A stretch of 36,217 bases of DNA from an uncultured Clostridia bacterium (GCA_937900575.1 CALCEI010000167.1:1-36217), one strand, 5' to 3'. Counted from the stretch's first letter, positions 27,599 through 35,773 are shown. Numbers and translations: made by a program. Notes: generated by a model from the letters alone, not told the origin.

Positions 27599-28867
27599 AT
27601 GGAATTAATTGTTTTAGGTTCGGTTTTTGGCGCTGTGTGGCTTGCTTCACTTATCACTTTTGTTGTGTTGTATAAAAAGAAAAGTGGCGGTGTGGGAGTT
27701 TCTGGCAATGTAAAAGAAATTGTCGATGCACAAAAAAATCAAAACGAAGTTGTAAATGCGATGATTATGCAGACCTTGGAAGCCAACGGCAAACGCACTC
27801 AAGACACAATAAACAATTTAAGTTTGTTGCAAAAGCAGGAATTTGACAGCATTTCCAAACGCGTTGACGAACTTACTGTAAAGAATGAACAACGCATTGA
27901 AAAACTTACAAGTGACGTTAATAATTCGCTGTTTACAATAAGACAAGAAAACGAAAAACAACTTGAAAAGATGCGTGAAACGGTGGACGAAAAGTTAAAT
28001 AATTCCTTATCTCAAAGGCTTAACGATAGTTTTTCTAAAATACAACAAAGTTTGGAGCATGTAAATTCTGGTTTGGGTGAAATGCGTAACCTTGCAACCG
28101 GTGTTGGCGACCTTAAAAAAGTTCTTACAAACGTTAAAACACGTGGAATTTTGGGCGAGATTTCACTTGAAAACTTATTGGCACAGACCTTGGCTCCAAA
28201 TCAATTTGAAAGTCAAGTTCAAATTAAAGTAAACGGTAAAGAAAGAGTTGATTTTGTGGTAAAACTTCCCGGCAAAGACGGTGAGACAGTGTTGCTTCCA
28301 ATTGATAGCAAATTTCCACTTGAAGATTATAACAGGCTTGTTGATGCTGACCCATCTGACAAAGACGGTGCAGAGAAGTTCAGGAAACAACTTGAAGCAA
28401 GCATCAAAAAACAGGCAAAATCCATAAAAGAAAAATACATAGACGTTCCAACGACAACCGATTTTGCAATAATGTTCCTTCCAAATGAAGGTCTTTATTC
28501 CGAAGTTGTAAAAGACGACGCTTTGTTTAGGCTGTTGCAAGACGAATACAAAATTATTGTGTGTGGACCAACAACAATTTCTGCATTGCTTAACAGTTTG
28601 CAACTTGGTTTTAAAACTTTGGCAATTGAAAAACGTTCAAGCGAATTGTGGCAACTTATTTCTGCTTTCAAACAAGAGTTCAGTAAGTTTATGGGACTTT
28701 TGGCTAAAACAGAAACAAAATTGAAAGAAGCAACAAACACAATTGAACAAGCACAGAAATCAAGCGAAAAAATTGATAAAAAATTGAGCGCAGTAAGCAA
28801 CGACGTTGGCATTGCGTACGATGACGACGATGAAGACAAAGACAAATTGCCACCTGCAGAAGAATAA
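27599..28867 (+). CDS. rmuC: DNA recombination protein RmuC
   Basis: N-terminal TM helix, a long coiled coil, then a RmuC nuclease-like core (RVDFVVKLPGKDGETVLLPIDSKFPLEDY ... FAIMFLPNEGLYSEV). Confidence 0.85.
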   Translation: MELIVLGSVFGAVWLASLITFVVLYKKKSGGVGVSGNVKEIVDAQKNQNEVVNAMIMQTLEANGKRTQDTINNLSLLQKQEFDSISKRVDELTVKNEQRIEKLTSDVNNSLFTIRQENEKQLEKMRETVDEKLNNSLSQRLNDSFSKIQQSLEHVNSGLGEMRNLATGVGDLKKVLTNVKTRGILGEISLENLLAQTLAPNQFESQVQIKVNGKERVDFVVKLPGKDGETVLLPIDSKFPLEDYNRLVDADPSDKDGAEKFRKQLEASIKKQAKSIKEKYIDVPTTTDFAIMFLPNEGLYSEVVKDDALFRLLQDEYKIIVCGPTTISALLNSLQLGFKTLAIEKRSSELWQLISAFKQEFSKFMGLLAKTETKLKEATNTIEQAQKSSEKIDKKLSAVSNDVGIAYDDDDEDKDKLPPAEE

Positions 28868-28917
28868 AATTTAAATATTAAACAAATAAAACGAAATAGA
28901 TTACACATACTAGGGTT

Positions 28918-30186
28918 ATGAAAAAATTGATTATTTCATCTTTGGTGTGTGTGATTTTTATTTGCGCACTTGCTGTGCCACAGTGTTTTTGTTTAAACGA
29001 AATTGTGTTTGTGTGCGATAATAAAGAATTTACATATTCAGTGGATAAAAACATAAAAAAATCAAGGAATTTTTATGAAGAATTTGAGCTTAACAAATAT
29101 AATCGTTTTGGCACAACAGCGCAGAAAAAAGAGTTGCTTATTCGTATGCTTCAATTAGGCTTTGATAAGGATGTTATAATAGAATATTTATACCCAAACA
29201 TAAGCAAAACCATTGAAAAAATTGAACGCACAATAAACGTTAAGGAACGCGATGCAACATTAAGTACAAACTCCAACACAAAAGATGTGTTTTTAATAGC
29301 TCCACATGTGGTTGGGAAAATGGTGAACAGGTGGCAAATTTACGAAGATTTGGTGCAAAGAATTTTAAACGACCAAGAATTGTGCGTTAATGTAAAAACC
29401 AACAAAATTATTCCACATGTTGTTACGGAAGATTATCAAAAATATACGCATTTAAGGGCAGATTTTAGTACGTCTATTGCATCGTCTTCTGCAGATAGAA
29501 AGCACAACGTTAAAAATGCTTTAAATTCACTTAATTTTGTGGAAGTTTTGCCAAGTGAAACATTCTCTTTTAACGAATGTGTTGGCAGGCGCACAACCGA
29601 AAATGGATACAGGCAAGCAAAAATTATTGTTGGTGATGAATTTATTGACGGACTTGGTGGTGGAGTGTGCCAAGTTTCAACCACATTATACAACACGGCG
29701 CTTCTTTCTGGCTTGGAAATTGTTGAGGCGAACAAACACAGCAAACAAATTGCTTATGTAAAGCATGGCTTTGATGCAATGGTGAACTTTGGAAGCAGTG
29801 ATTTAAAGTTTAAAAACAACACAAATCAAAAAATAACCATTGTAACCAACTATACGTCAAACAGCATAAGAATAAGGATTTTTGGCGAAGATATGGGAGA
29901 TACGTCTTATGCTCTTAAAAACGAAATTTTAAACGTGGTTGAGCCACAGGAAATTATTAAATTTGACGAGCAGTGTGAGTATACTGATAAGGTTATATAT
30001 GAAGATGAAAGCTTTTACTTAAAAAGGGCATCAAAAGGCATGGACGTCAAATCATATAGAGAATGCTACAAAAATGGCGAATTAATAAAAAAAGAATTAT
30101 TAAGAACCGATAAATTTAAAGTGCAAGACGCAATTAAAATTTATGGCAGCAAAAAACGACCACAACAAGACGCGTGCGTAGCATAA
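28918..30186 (+). CDS. VanW-family protein
   Basis: N-terminal signal/TM segment and the VanW core GGGVCQVSTTLYNTALLSGLEIVEANKHS. Confidence 0.8.
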   Translation: MKKLIISSLVCVIFICALAVPQCFCLNEIVFVCDNKEFTYSVDKNIKKSRNFYEEFELNKYNRFGTTAQKKELLIRMLQLGFDKDVIIEYLYPNISKTIEKIERTINVKERDATLSTNSNTKDVFLIAPHVVGKMVNRWQIYEDLVQRILNDQELCVNVKTNKIIPHVVTEDYQKYTHLRADFSTSIASSSADRKHNVKNALNSLNFVEVLPSETFSFNECVGRRTTENGYRQAKIIVGDEFIDGLGGGVCQVSTTLYNTALLSGLEIVEANKHSKQIAYVKHGFDAMVNFGSSDLKFKNNTNQKITIVTNYTSNSIRIRIFGEDMGDTSYALKNEILNVVEPQEIIKFDEQCEYTDKVIYEDESFYLKRASKGMDVKSYRECYKNGELIKKELLRTDKFKVQDAIKIYGSKKRPQQDACVA

Positions 30187-30590
30187 TATTATTAAATTTA
30201 TATTTTAATTTTTTAATATTTTATTAATTATTTTTTAAATATTTTTCAAATGTGCCAAAACATGCTTATTTTTAGCACATAAAAGGGTGTTTAAAAATGC
30301 CAAATAAATTTATTAAAATTAATAAATAAAAATTAACTAATAATTATTTATTTGTCAATTTATTTTGATTTTTAATTTGGTAAATTACGTATATTAATTT
30401 TAATAAAATAAAAAATTATTTTTAATTAAAATTTAATTTTTATTTTTAATATAATTATTTATTTTGTTTATATTTTTAATTAATTTAATTTTAATTTTTT
30501 ATTTTTTATATAAAAAATAATATATAGGCAAAAATACGAAAAAAATATTAAATTAATTATTTTTTTATTTAAATTAATTTTTGCACAATT
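30187..30590. other. Extremely AT-rich 404-bp spacer between convergent 3' ends
   Basis: By hand count there are about 35 G/C in 404 nt (about 9% G+C), and 17 of those lie within 30241-30300. The remainder is T/A-tract low-complexity sequence (TTTTAATT-type motifs and an 18-bp AT palindrome ATTTTTTATATAAAAAAT at about 30501-30518). No ORF of 60 aa or more and no GC-rich terminator. Confidence 0.9.
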
Positions 30591-31661
30591 TTATGGCATT
30601 TCGCTTTCACCTTTAATATAGTTTTTGAAACTGCTTAAATAAGAAACGGCCTTATAAGCAGAAACACTTTGGTCTGGGACATAAATTGTAAAGCCAGCAT
30701 GTGCATATTTTGTTCCGATTGCACCATAAGCGAAAGTTGGTGGTGAAACTCTTTTAAAATGCATGTAAGTTGTTGCGTAAACTGATTGGGCATCACTAGA
30801 AATTGAACCGAAGGCATTTGTTGCAATGCTTGTTACGTTTTCATGCACCGTAACGGTTTTGAATGAGCCACCATAATTGAATGATGAAGCAATGGTTGTT
30901 ACGCCTTGTGGAACAACCAAATCACAATCAAAAATGATGTTTTGGAACATATAAGTTGGCGAAGTTGATAAAGCAAGGTTTGAGATGTCCAAGTCGTCTA
31001 TATATGATTTTCCAGCAATAGAAGCAAAGGCATAACTTCCTATGGAAGTTAAATTTGACCCAACAACAATTTTGCTTGAGTTATATAAAGCGTCAGAAAA
31101 TGCGCCTGTATCTAGCGTTGTTAAACTTTGTGGCAAACAAGACAAATCAATACCGTGCAGATAAGAACAGCCGTATGCGCCAACTTTTTGTAATTGGGTT
31201 AAGCTACTGAAATTTGTGACAGTATGTATTGCGTCATTGGATACTATGTGTTCACCAATTTCTTGTAAATCGCTATTCAATGTTATTGTCAGTGGGTTTG
31301 GGCATTTATAAAAAATATAATCACGCAAGAAAGGTGTGTTTGAAGGGATTGTAACATTATAGTGTTCCTTTGTTGCAGTTTTGCTGGTGTAAAACAATGT
31401 GCGCATTTCATCTTCTGATAAGCCAACAAAACTTCCTGTTTTTAGCACATCATCTCCTGCATAAAAAGTTTTTCCACTTAAGACATCTGCAGCCGTTGCA
31501 TCAGCAAGGGTAAAATCCACCGAACCAGGAATTGTACTGATTCCGGCAGTAATTTCACTTGGGCTTGGGTTGGTGTGAGATACAACAACTCTTCCACCTT
31601 TCCCTTCAATTGCACTCTTTTGGCTTAACAATTCTTGTTTTAATGTTTCAATACTATTCAT
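30591..31661 (-). CDS. BspA-type leucine-rich-repeat (LRR_5) protein
   Basis: GGAGGAG SD, then ATG at 31661 (MNSIETLKQ...; the tracker's upstream start at 31709 is rejected). Repeated ..L..IG..AF.. units: LQEIGEHIV, LQKVGAYGC, LTTLDTGAFS, LTSIGSYAFAS, VTSIATNAFGS. The family-typical C-terminus is TIYVPDQSVSAYKAVSYLSSFKNYI. No obvious signal peptide. Confidence 0.75.
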   Translation of the reverse strand: MNSIETLKQELLSQKSAIEGKGGRVVVSHTNPSPSEITAGISTIPGSVDFTLADATAADVLSGKTFYAGDDVLKTGSFVGLSEDEMRTLFYTSKTATKEHYNVTIPSNTPFLRDYIFYKCPNPLTITLNSDLQEIGEHIVSNDAIHTVTNFSSLTQLQKVGAYGCSYLHGIDLSCLPQSLTTLDTGAFSDALYNSSKIVVGSNLTSIGSYAFASIAGKSYIDDLDISNLALSTSPTYMFQNIIFDCDLVVPQGVTTIASSFNYGGSFKTVTVHENVTSIATNAFGSISSDAQSVYATTYMHFKRVSPPTFAYGAIGTKYAHAGFTIYVPDQSVSAYKAVSYLSSFKNYIKGESEMP

Positions 31662-31839
31662 TATCTCCTCCAATTTCGTATGTGCCATCAAGCACGTCAT
31701 CAATTTCACTTTCGGTTACATATCCACCTTTAAGCACAAAGTCCAATTCATTATCCACTTTTAAAATTTGGAAATATTTTTCTAGCATGTGCTCAAGGTT
31801 ATCAATCTTGCTTAAAGCAAGTTCCAACATTTCGTCCAT
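31654..31839 (-). CDS. Small acidic protein (61 aa), translationally coupled to the LRR gene
   Basis: GGAGGA SD before the ATG at 31839. The stop overlaps the LRR start (GGAGATAATGAATAG; 8-nt overlap, and the LRR SD lies inside its last codons). D/E-rich. No family recognised. Confidence 0.6.
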   Translation of the reverse strand: MDEMLELALSKIDNLEHMLEKYFQILKVDNELDFVLKGGYVTESEIDDVLDGTYEIGGDNE

Positions 31840-31951
31840 AATTCCTCCAATATAACATCATTGTACTCGTATGTGCCGGCAAACTAGCCCAAACGTGCCA
31901 AAAACTGTAAAAATTTGGCAAGGAAGCCCACAAAATTTTGTTTGTAAACAT

Positions 31952-31980
31952 TTGCCAAAAGTAAACAATGTTGTTATAAT
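31952..31980 (+). promoter_or_regulatory. Sigma-A-type promoter with extended -10
   Basis: TTGCCA (31952-31957), 17 nt, TGt-TATAAT (-10 at 31975-31980). AAAGGAG SD, ATG at 32037. Confidence 0.6.
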
Positions 31981-32036
31981 GTTAAACGTAGATAAAAGTT
32001 TACTGAAGAAGTAAACTACAATAAAGGAGAATTAAT

Positions 32037-32600
32037 ATGACAAAGAATGTAAGACGTGCATTTATTTTAACATTTGTTGCTTTGGCTGTTGTAATTGCCT
32101 TCAGCACATTAACTAACTATTTTTGTGGTGTTGGCTTAAACTTGGTTGCTTTGGCAACATGCTTTTCACTTGTTTTGGTTATTTTTTTCAGTGATGCCGA
32201 AGCACGTAGACGCACAGGAGATATGTTTATTTTAACTTTGGCTTTCTTGGTTTTGGAAATTCCAACATGGCTCATTTTTGAATTTAGCATTTATGATGCA
32301 GCAGAAGGTATTTTGGTATATCAACACATCATAACATTGCTTGGAGTTTTGGCATTTGCTTATGTAATCTTCAGATTATTCTGCGAACTTAACGGAAAGA
32401 AAATTAAATTGATTGAAGTTATGCTTGGCAATGATAAGTTCGAAAAGAAACCACGCAAAAGCAAAAAAGAAGTTGACAATGGTTCTTTAAGTGAAAAACC
32501 AAACACTAAAGAAGAAACAAAAGAAGAAGCAGTTGAAGAAACTGTTGAGCCTTCTGTTGAAGTTGAAATAGAACAACCAACCGAAACAGACGAACAATAA
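32037..32600 (+). CDS. Small integral membrane protein (about 4 TM) with K/E-rich acidic C-terminal tail
   Basis: Hydrophobic segments FILTFVALAVVIAF, LNLVALATCFSLVLVIFF, MFILTLAFLVLEIPTWLIF and IITLLGVLAFAYVIF. Tail KKEVDNGSLSEKPNTKEETKEEAVEETVEPSVEVEIEQPTETDEQ. No family recognised. Confidence 0.6.
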   Translation: MTKNVRRAFILTFVALAVVIAFSTLTNYFCGVGLNLVALATCFSLVLVIFFSDAEARRRTGDMFILTLAFLVLEIPTWLIFEFSIYDAAEGILVYQHIITLLGVLAFAYVIFRLFCELNGKKIKLIEVMLGNDKFEKKPRKSKKEVDNGSLSEKPNTKEETKEEAVEETVEPSVEVEIEQPTETDEQ

Positions 32601-32602
32601 TA

Positions 32603-32631
32603 AAAAAAAGAGTGCCGTTTGGCACTTTTTT
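32603..32631 (+). terminator. Rho-independent terminator
   Basis: AAAAGAGTGCC-gttt-GGCACTTTTTT. Confidence 0.8.
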
Positions 32632-32747
32632 GTTGCAAAAATTTAAAATAAAAGTTGAATTTTTGCTTTATTTTAGCAGATAGTATAAAAGAAAATAAAA
32701 ATCAAATTTCTTTGCTTTTTAATTTCATTTGGTGTAATATAAAAGAA

Positions 32748-33431
32748 ATGGACGAAAGAACAAACAATATTTTAACAAATATATTTAATGGAATTTTGAC
32801 AGCACTTATTTGTGTTGTTGCCTTTTTGATTATTGTGTTTACATGTTTTAACTTTGTCTATGTACAAACACCTGTTTATGGTACATCTATGCAGATGCTT
32901 TTAAATCCAAATGCAACCACTTCAGAAGACAGCGAAGATTTTGCATTTGTAAACAAGTATGGACCACTTATGCGCAACAATATTGTCGTTGCAGACGTGC
33001 CATGGTTTACAAAGGGCTCAATAATAAAACGTCTTGTTGGCATGCCAGGGGATTTGATTAATGTGAAAGTTGAAGGAAACCAATATGCATTATACGTAAA
33101 CGACGAACTCTTTTATAAAAAACCAATAACTGATAAAACGGCAACTCACACCTACGCAAACTTAATAACTTTCTGCGTACGTTTTCCACAAAACGCATAT
33201 ACAGATGCAACCACTGGTACTCAATATATAAAAGTTAATGATGGCGAATATTTCTTGCTTGGAGACAATTGGGAAGTAAGCGACGATTGTGCTGTGCACG
33301 GTTGTACAAAAAAAGAAGAGATTGTTGGCAGAGTGGACTTTGCCATTCATAAAAATGGAAGTTATGTGTTGCAATATTTGGGTGCATTGTTAAAAATAAC
33401 CTTTACAACAGAACCAATGATTTTCTGTTAG
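32748..33431 (+). CDS. Type I signal peptidase (S26 family), divergent
   Basis: ATG at 32748 (MDERTNN...). TM anchor, a catalytic Ser box (GTSMQMLL versus the usual SM.PTL), a Lys box (IIKRLVGMPGD), and the C-terminal box LLGDNWEVSDDCAVHG (versus GDNR..S.DSR..G). The tracker's TTG at 32655 is rejected. Confidence 0.7.
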   Translation: MDERTNNILTNIFNGILTALICVVAFLIIVFTCFNFVYVQTPVYGTSMQMLLNPNATTSEDSEDFAFVNKYGPLMRNNIVVADVPWFTKGSIIKRLVGMPGDLINVKVEGNQYALYVNDELFYKKPITDKTATHTYANLITFCVRFPQNAYTDATTGTQYIKVNDGEYFLLGDNWEVSDDCAVHGCTKKEEIVGRVDFAIHKNGSYVLQYLGALLKITFTTEPMIFC

Positions 33432-33442
33432 GGAAGAGCATA

Positions 33443-33471
33443 AAAAAACAAGGCAGTTAGCCTTGTTTTTT
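33443..33471. terminator. Bidirectional rho-independent terminator (signal peptidase / dut)
   Basis: AAAAAACAAGGC-agtta-GCCTTGTTTTTT. The T-run overlaps the dut stop codon. Confidence 0.8.
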
Positions 33472-33901
33472 ATTGTTTACCTGTTGAACCAATGCCACCA
33501 CGACTTACTGAATTTAAGTGTTCCACCGTAACAATTTCGTGTTCTGGTTGATGACTTAAAATTCTGAATTGGCAAATCCTATCATTTTTGTGTATAACCG
33601 TATCCCTTAAAGCAATTGCAGGGAACATCCATTGGTCTTCGTCACCACAATAACTTTCATCAATAACACCAATACTGTTGGCTTGAATTATTCCGTAATT
33701 TTTAAATGTACTGCTACGAGGGGCAACAATTGCTTCGTAACCCTTTGGTAAAGCAATACCAATGCCAAGTTTAATAAGTTTAAATTCCCCAGACTTAAGT
33801 TCGACATCTTCTGCAGAGCGCAAATCGTACCAATCACTTTTTCCACCAATAAATTTTATTGGCTCCACATCACTAAAATATTTTACTTTTATTGTTAGCA
33901 T
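33470..33901 (-). CDS. dut: dUTP diphosphatase (trimeric dUTPase)
   Basis: AAAGGTGG SD, then ATG at 33901 (MLTIKVKYF...). Motifs APRSS, GVIDESYCGDEDQW and the C-terminal SRGGIGSTG. Confidence 0.9.
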   Translation of the reverse strand: MLTIKVKYFSDVEPIKFIGGKSDWYDLRSAEDVELKSGEFKLIKLGIGIALPKGYEAIVAPRSSTFKNYGIIQANSIGVIDESYCGDEDQWMFPAIALRDTVIHKNDRICQFRILSHQPEHEIVTVEHLNSVSRGGIGSTGKQ

Positions 33902-33967
33902 AATAACCACCTTTAATGATATTATAGCAAGATGTGTTAAGTTTGTAAAATTAATTAGTAAACAATA

Positions 33968-33995
33968 TTGACAAATGCTAATTCTATGATATAAT
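33968..33995 (+). promoter_or_regulatory. Near-consensus sigma-A promoter with extended -10
   Basis: TTGACA (33968-33973), 16 nt, TGa-TATAAT (-10 at 33990-33995). AGAGGTGA SD, ATG at 34020. Confidence 0.65.
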
Positions 33996-34019
33996 AAGTG
34001 TGATTTTTAGAGGTGAACC

Positions 34020-34661
34020 ATGATTGAATTAAATGAAAAATTTGAAGCAAGAGCAGATGAATTGCTTAATGAATATGCAGATTTCATTTCCAAGTTGGAA
34101 AATAAAGAAGTTGACGTAAACAACCTTGTTGATGAAAAGAACAAATTGCGTGAAGCGCTTAAACTTGTTGAAGACCCATCAACTGTTGAATTGAGACTTA
34201 GAGTTAGTTATAGAATTGGTCGCTTGGCAAAAAATGAAGGTATAACAAAATATCAAGCAGGTAGAGCATTGAGTGACGTTGTTGAAAATGGCATTGTTTT
34301 ACCAGACGATATTACAATGTTCAACATTAAAGTTACGCCATTTTTAAACAAGGGTACAAAATTAAGATATTGTGAAGATTATTCCCTTTATGATGTAAAC
34401 AGAATTATGTTGGCAGAAAGTTTTGTGGAAGGTAGGCCAGAAGTTGTTACAGATTTGCGTAACTTGTTGGTTAAAACAAACAAAAAAGTTATGATTCAAA
34501 AAATTGTTAACAAAGCATATGTTGAAAAACCTAACGATACATTTACAACAAAATCTAATGTTGAAGAAAGTCAATTGATTCAATTTGTTCATGAAAACTT
34601 TGTTGTTTCAACCGCAGAAAAAGACGGCGCAGAAGTGCCAGTTTATGTTATTACAAAATAA
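34020..34661 (+). CDS. Hypothetical protein (213 aa), N-terminal coiled-coil-like segment
   Basis: Clean ORF with a strong SD and promoter, followed by a terminator. No motif I can assign to a family. Confidence 0.6.
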   Translation: MIELNEKFEARADELLNEYADFISKLENKEVDVNNLVDEKNKLREALKLVEDPSTVELRLRVSYRIGRLAKNEGITKYQAGRALSDVVENGIVLPDDITMFNIKVTPFLNKGTKLRYCEDYSLYDVNRIMLAESFVEGRPEVVTDLRNLLVKTNKKVMIQKIVNKAYVEKPNDTFTTKSNVEESQLIQFVHENFVVSTAEKDGAEVPVYVITK

Positions 34662-34690
34662 AAAAACGCCACATGTGTGGTGTTTTTTGT
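34661..34690. terminator. Bidirectional rho-independent terminator
   Basis: AAAAAA-CGCCACA-tg-TGTGGTG-TTTTTTG (one G-U pair), between the convergent stops at 34661 and 34694. Confidence 0.75.
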
Positions 34691-34693
34691 TGC

Positions 34694-35773
34694 TTATTTA
34701 AGGCGTTTGTCTTGAGAATCCAATGCAATATTAAGTGCCAAGGCCTTGTTTGCAAGACGACTGAAAATACGCTCGTCATATCTATCCAAAACGTTATCCA
34801 AACTTAAATTGCTGGAAATGAATGTTGGAAGGCTGTTGACTTGCCTTGTGTTTATTAAGTTGTAAAGATATTCTATTGTAACATTTTTAAGCACAGGCTC
34901 TGTGCCAAGGTCGTCTATAATCAAAATATCTGCATTCAAACAATCTGCAAATTCGTAAGATTTGCCAATGTGATAAAGACGGGCAAGTTCATTAATTTCA
35001 AAAGCCGTTTTAAAACATACAACATAATTACGATTTATCATTTCGTTGGCGACACATTCAAGCAAGAAGGTTTTGCCAACACCGGCACCACCCAACAAAT
35101 TGATGTTTAAAATTTTTGTTGATGGATATTTTTGGCACCAAGTTTTTAAAATTTCGCAGGTTTTTTTGTCTGTTTCGTTCATTTTCGATTCATCACAATC
35201 TGCAAAAGTTTTAAATTCTGATTGGCTACTGAATTGTTTGGAAAGTTTTTCGTTAAGTTCCTTTAACAAGCAGTTACAAATGTGGCCATTGGCAATTCCT
35301 GTATCTTTGCAAAGTTCGCATTCGTATTTTGGTTGCATTTTTGAAGCATCTATGTTGTTGGTTTTAAGGTAAGAATCAATTTTTGCTTTTAAATTTTCAA
35401 CTTCTGCTTTAAGGGCTAAATTTTCTTGTTCATACTTTGATTTTATGTAATCCAAATTTTTTTGGTTATATTCCGTGTACATAGCATCAAATTCTGGTGT
35501 TTGTCTTAACGTTGCAATAAATTCTTCAACTTCTTCTTCTGCAACCCAATCAGATTCTTCACTTTCAAAAAAGAAACCTTTTCGAAATTGCACACCTTTA
35601 GATGACTGACCATAAAAAGCCTCCTTCTTTACCAAAGTTTCCGGCTTTTCTAAGTCAATCAGAAGGTTTGATACACACTCGTTAATTCGCTTGCGGTAGT
35701 TGGGGCAGGTGAATCGAAGTGTGACGTCCTCATTACGGATTTCAAAGTGTTCTATGAAAGTATTACCTGCCAT
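34694..35773 (-). CDS. DnaC/DnaI-like AAA+ ATPase (helicase-loader family) with Cys4 zinc-ribbon-like motif and a compositionally foreign N-terminus
   Basis: Walker A LLGGAGVGKTFL, Walker B ADILIIDDLGTE, and the upstream motif CELCKDTGIANGHICNC. The ATG at 35773 overlaps the upstream stop as TAATG. The first ~62 codons use GAG/AAG/CGA/CCG/CTG codons that are rare in the rest of the gene. Confidence 0.75.
   Translation of the reverse strand: MAGNTFIEHFEIRNEDVTLRFTCPNYRKRINECVSNLLIDLEKPETLVKKEAFYGQSSKGVQFRKGFFFESEESDWVAEEEVEEFIATLRQTPEFDAMYTEYNQKNLDYIKSKYEQENLALKAEVENLKAKIDSYLKTNNIDASKMQPKYECELCKDTGIANGHICNCLLKELNEKLSKQFSSQSEFKTFADCDESKMNETDKKTCEILKTWCQKYPSTKILNINLLGGAGVGKTFLLECVANEMINRNYVVCFKTAFEINELARLYHIGKSYEFADCLNADILIIDDLGTEPVLKNVTIEYLYNLINTRQVNSLPTFISSNLSLDNVLDRYDERIFSRLANKALALNIALDSQDKRLK

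Noticed and set aside
30187-30590. AT-rich spacer as a CRISPR array, dif site or replication origin
   Set aside because: There is no repeat-spacer periodicity and no cas genes. Similarity to the Firmicutes dif core is limited to a low-complexity TATATATTAT string near 30520. No DnaA boxes are present. It is kept as an unexplained feature only.
31662-31709. Upstream start (MKLMTCLMAHTKLEEI...) for the LRR protein
   Set aside because: It has no SD and would overlap the small acidic gene by 56 nt. The ATG at 31661 has a GGAGGAG SD at ideal spacing.
30591-31855. LRR cassette as horizontally acquired, based on elevated G+C (about 40-43% in two hand-counted blocks)
   Set aside because: Codon choice is host-like (GAA, AAA and CAA dominate, with A/T-ending codons). 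The higher G+C is explained by the Ser/Thr/Ala/Gly-rich composition of the protein, so composition alone does not support foreign origin.
31871-32020. 49-codon plus-strand ORF (MCRQTSPNVPKTVKIWQGS...) in the intergenic region
   Set aside because: It has no SD and runs through the well-formed promoter of the downstream membrane-protein gene. It is likely non-coding, although the region is unusually G+C-rich for an intergenic segment.
32655-32747. Tracker TTG start for the signal peptidase (MNFCFILADSIKENKNQ...)
   Set aside because: The extension starts only about 24 nt downstream of the preceding terminator (32603-32631) and adds a non-signal-like segment. The ATG at 32748 gives the canonical short cytoplasmic N-terminus plus TM anchor.
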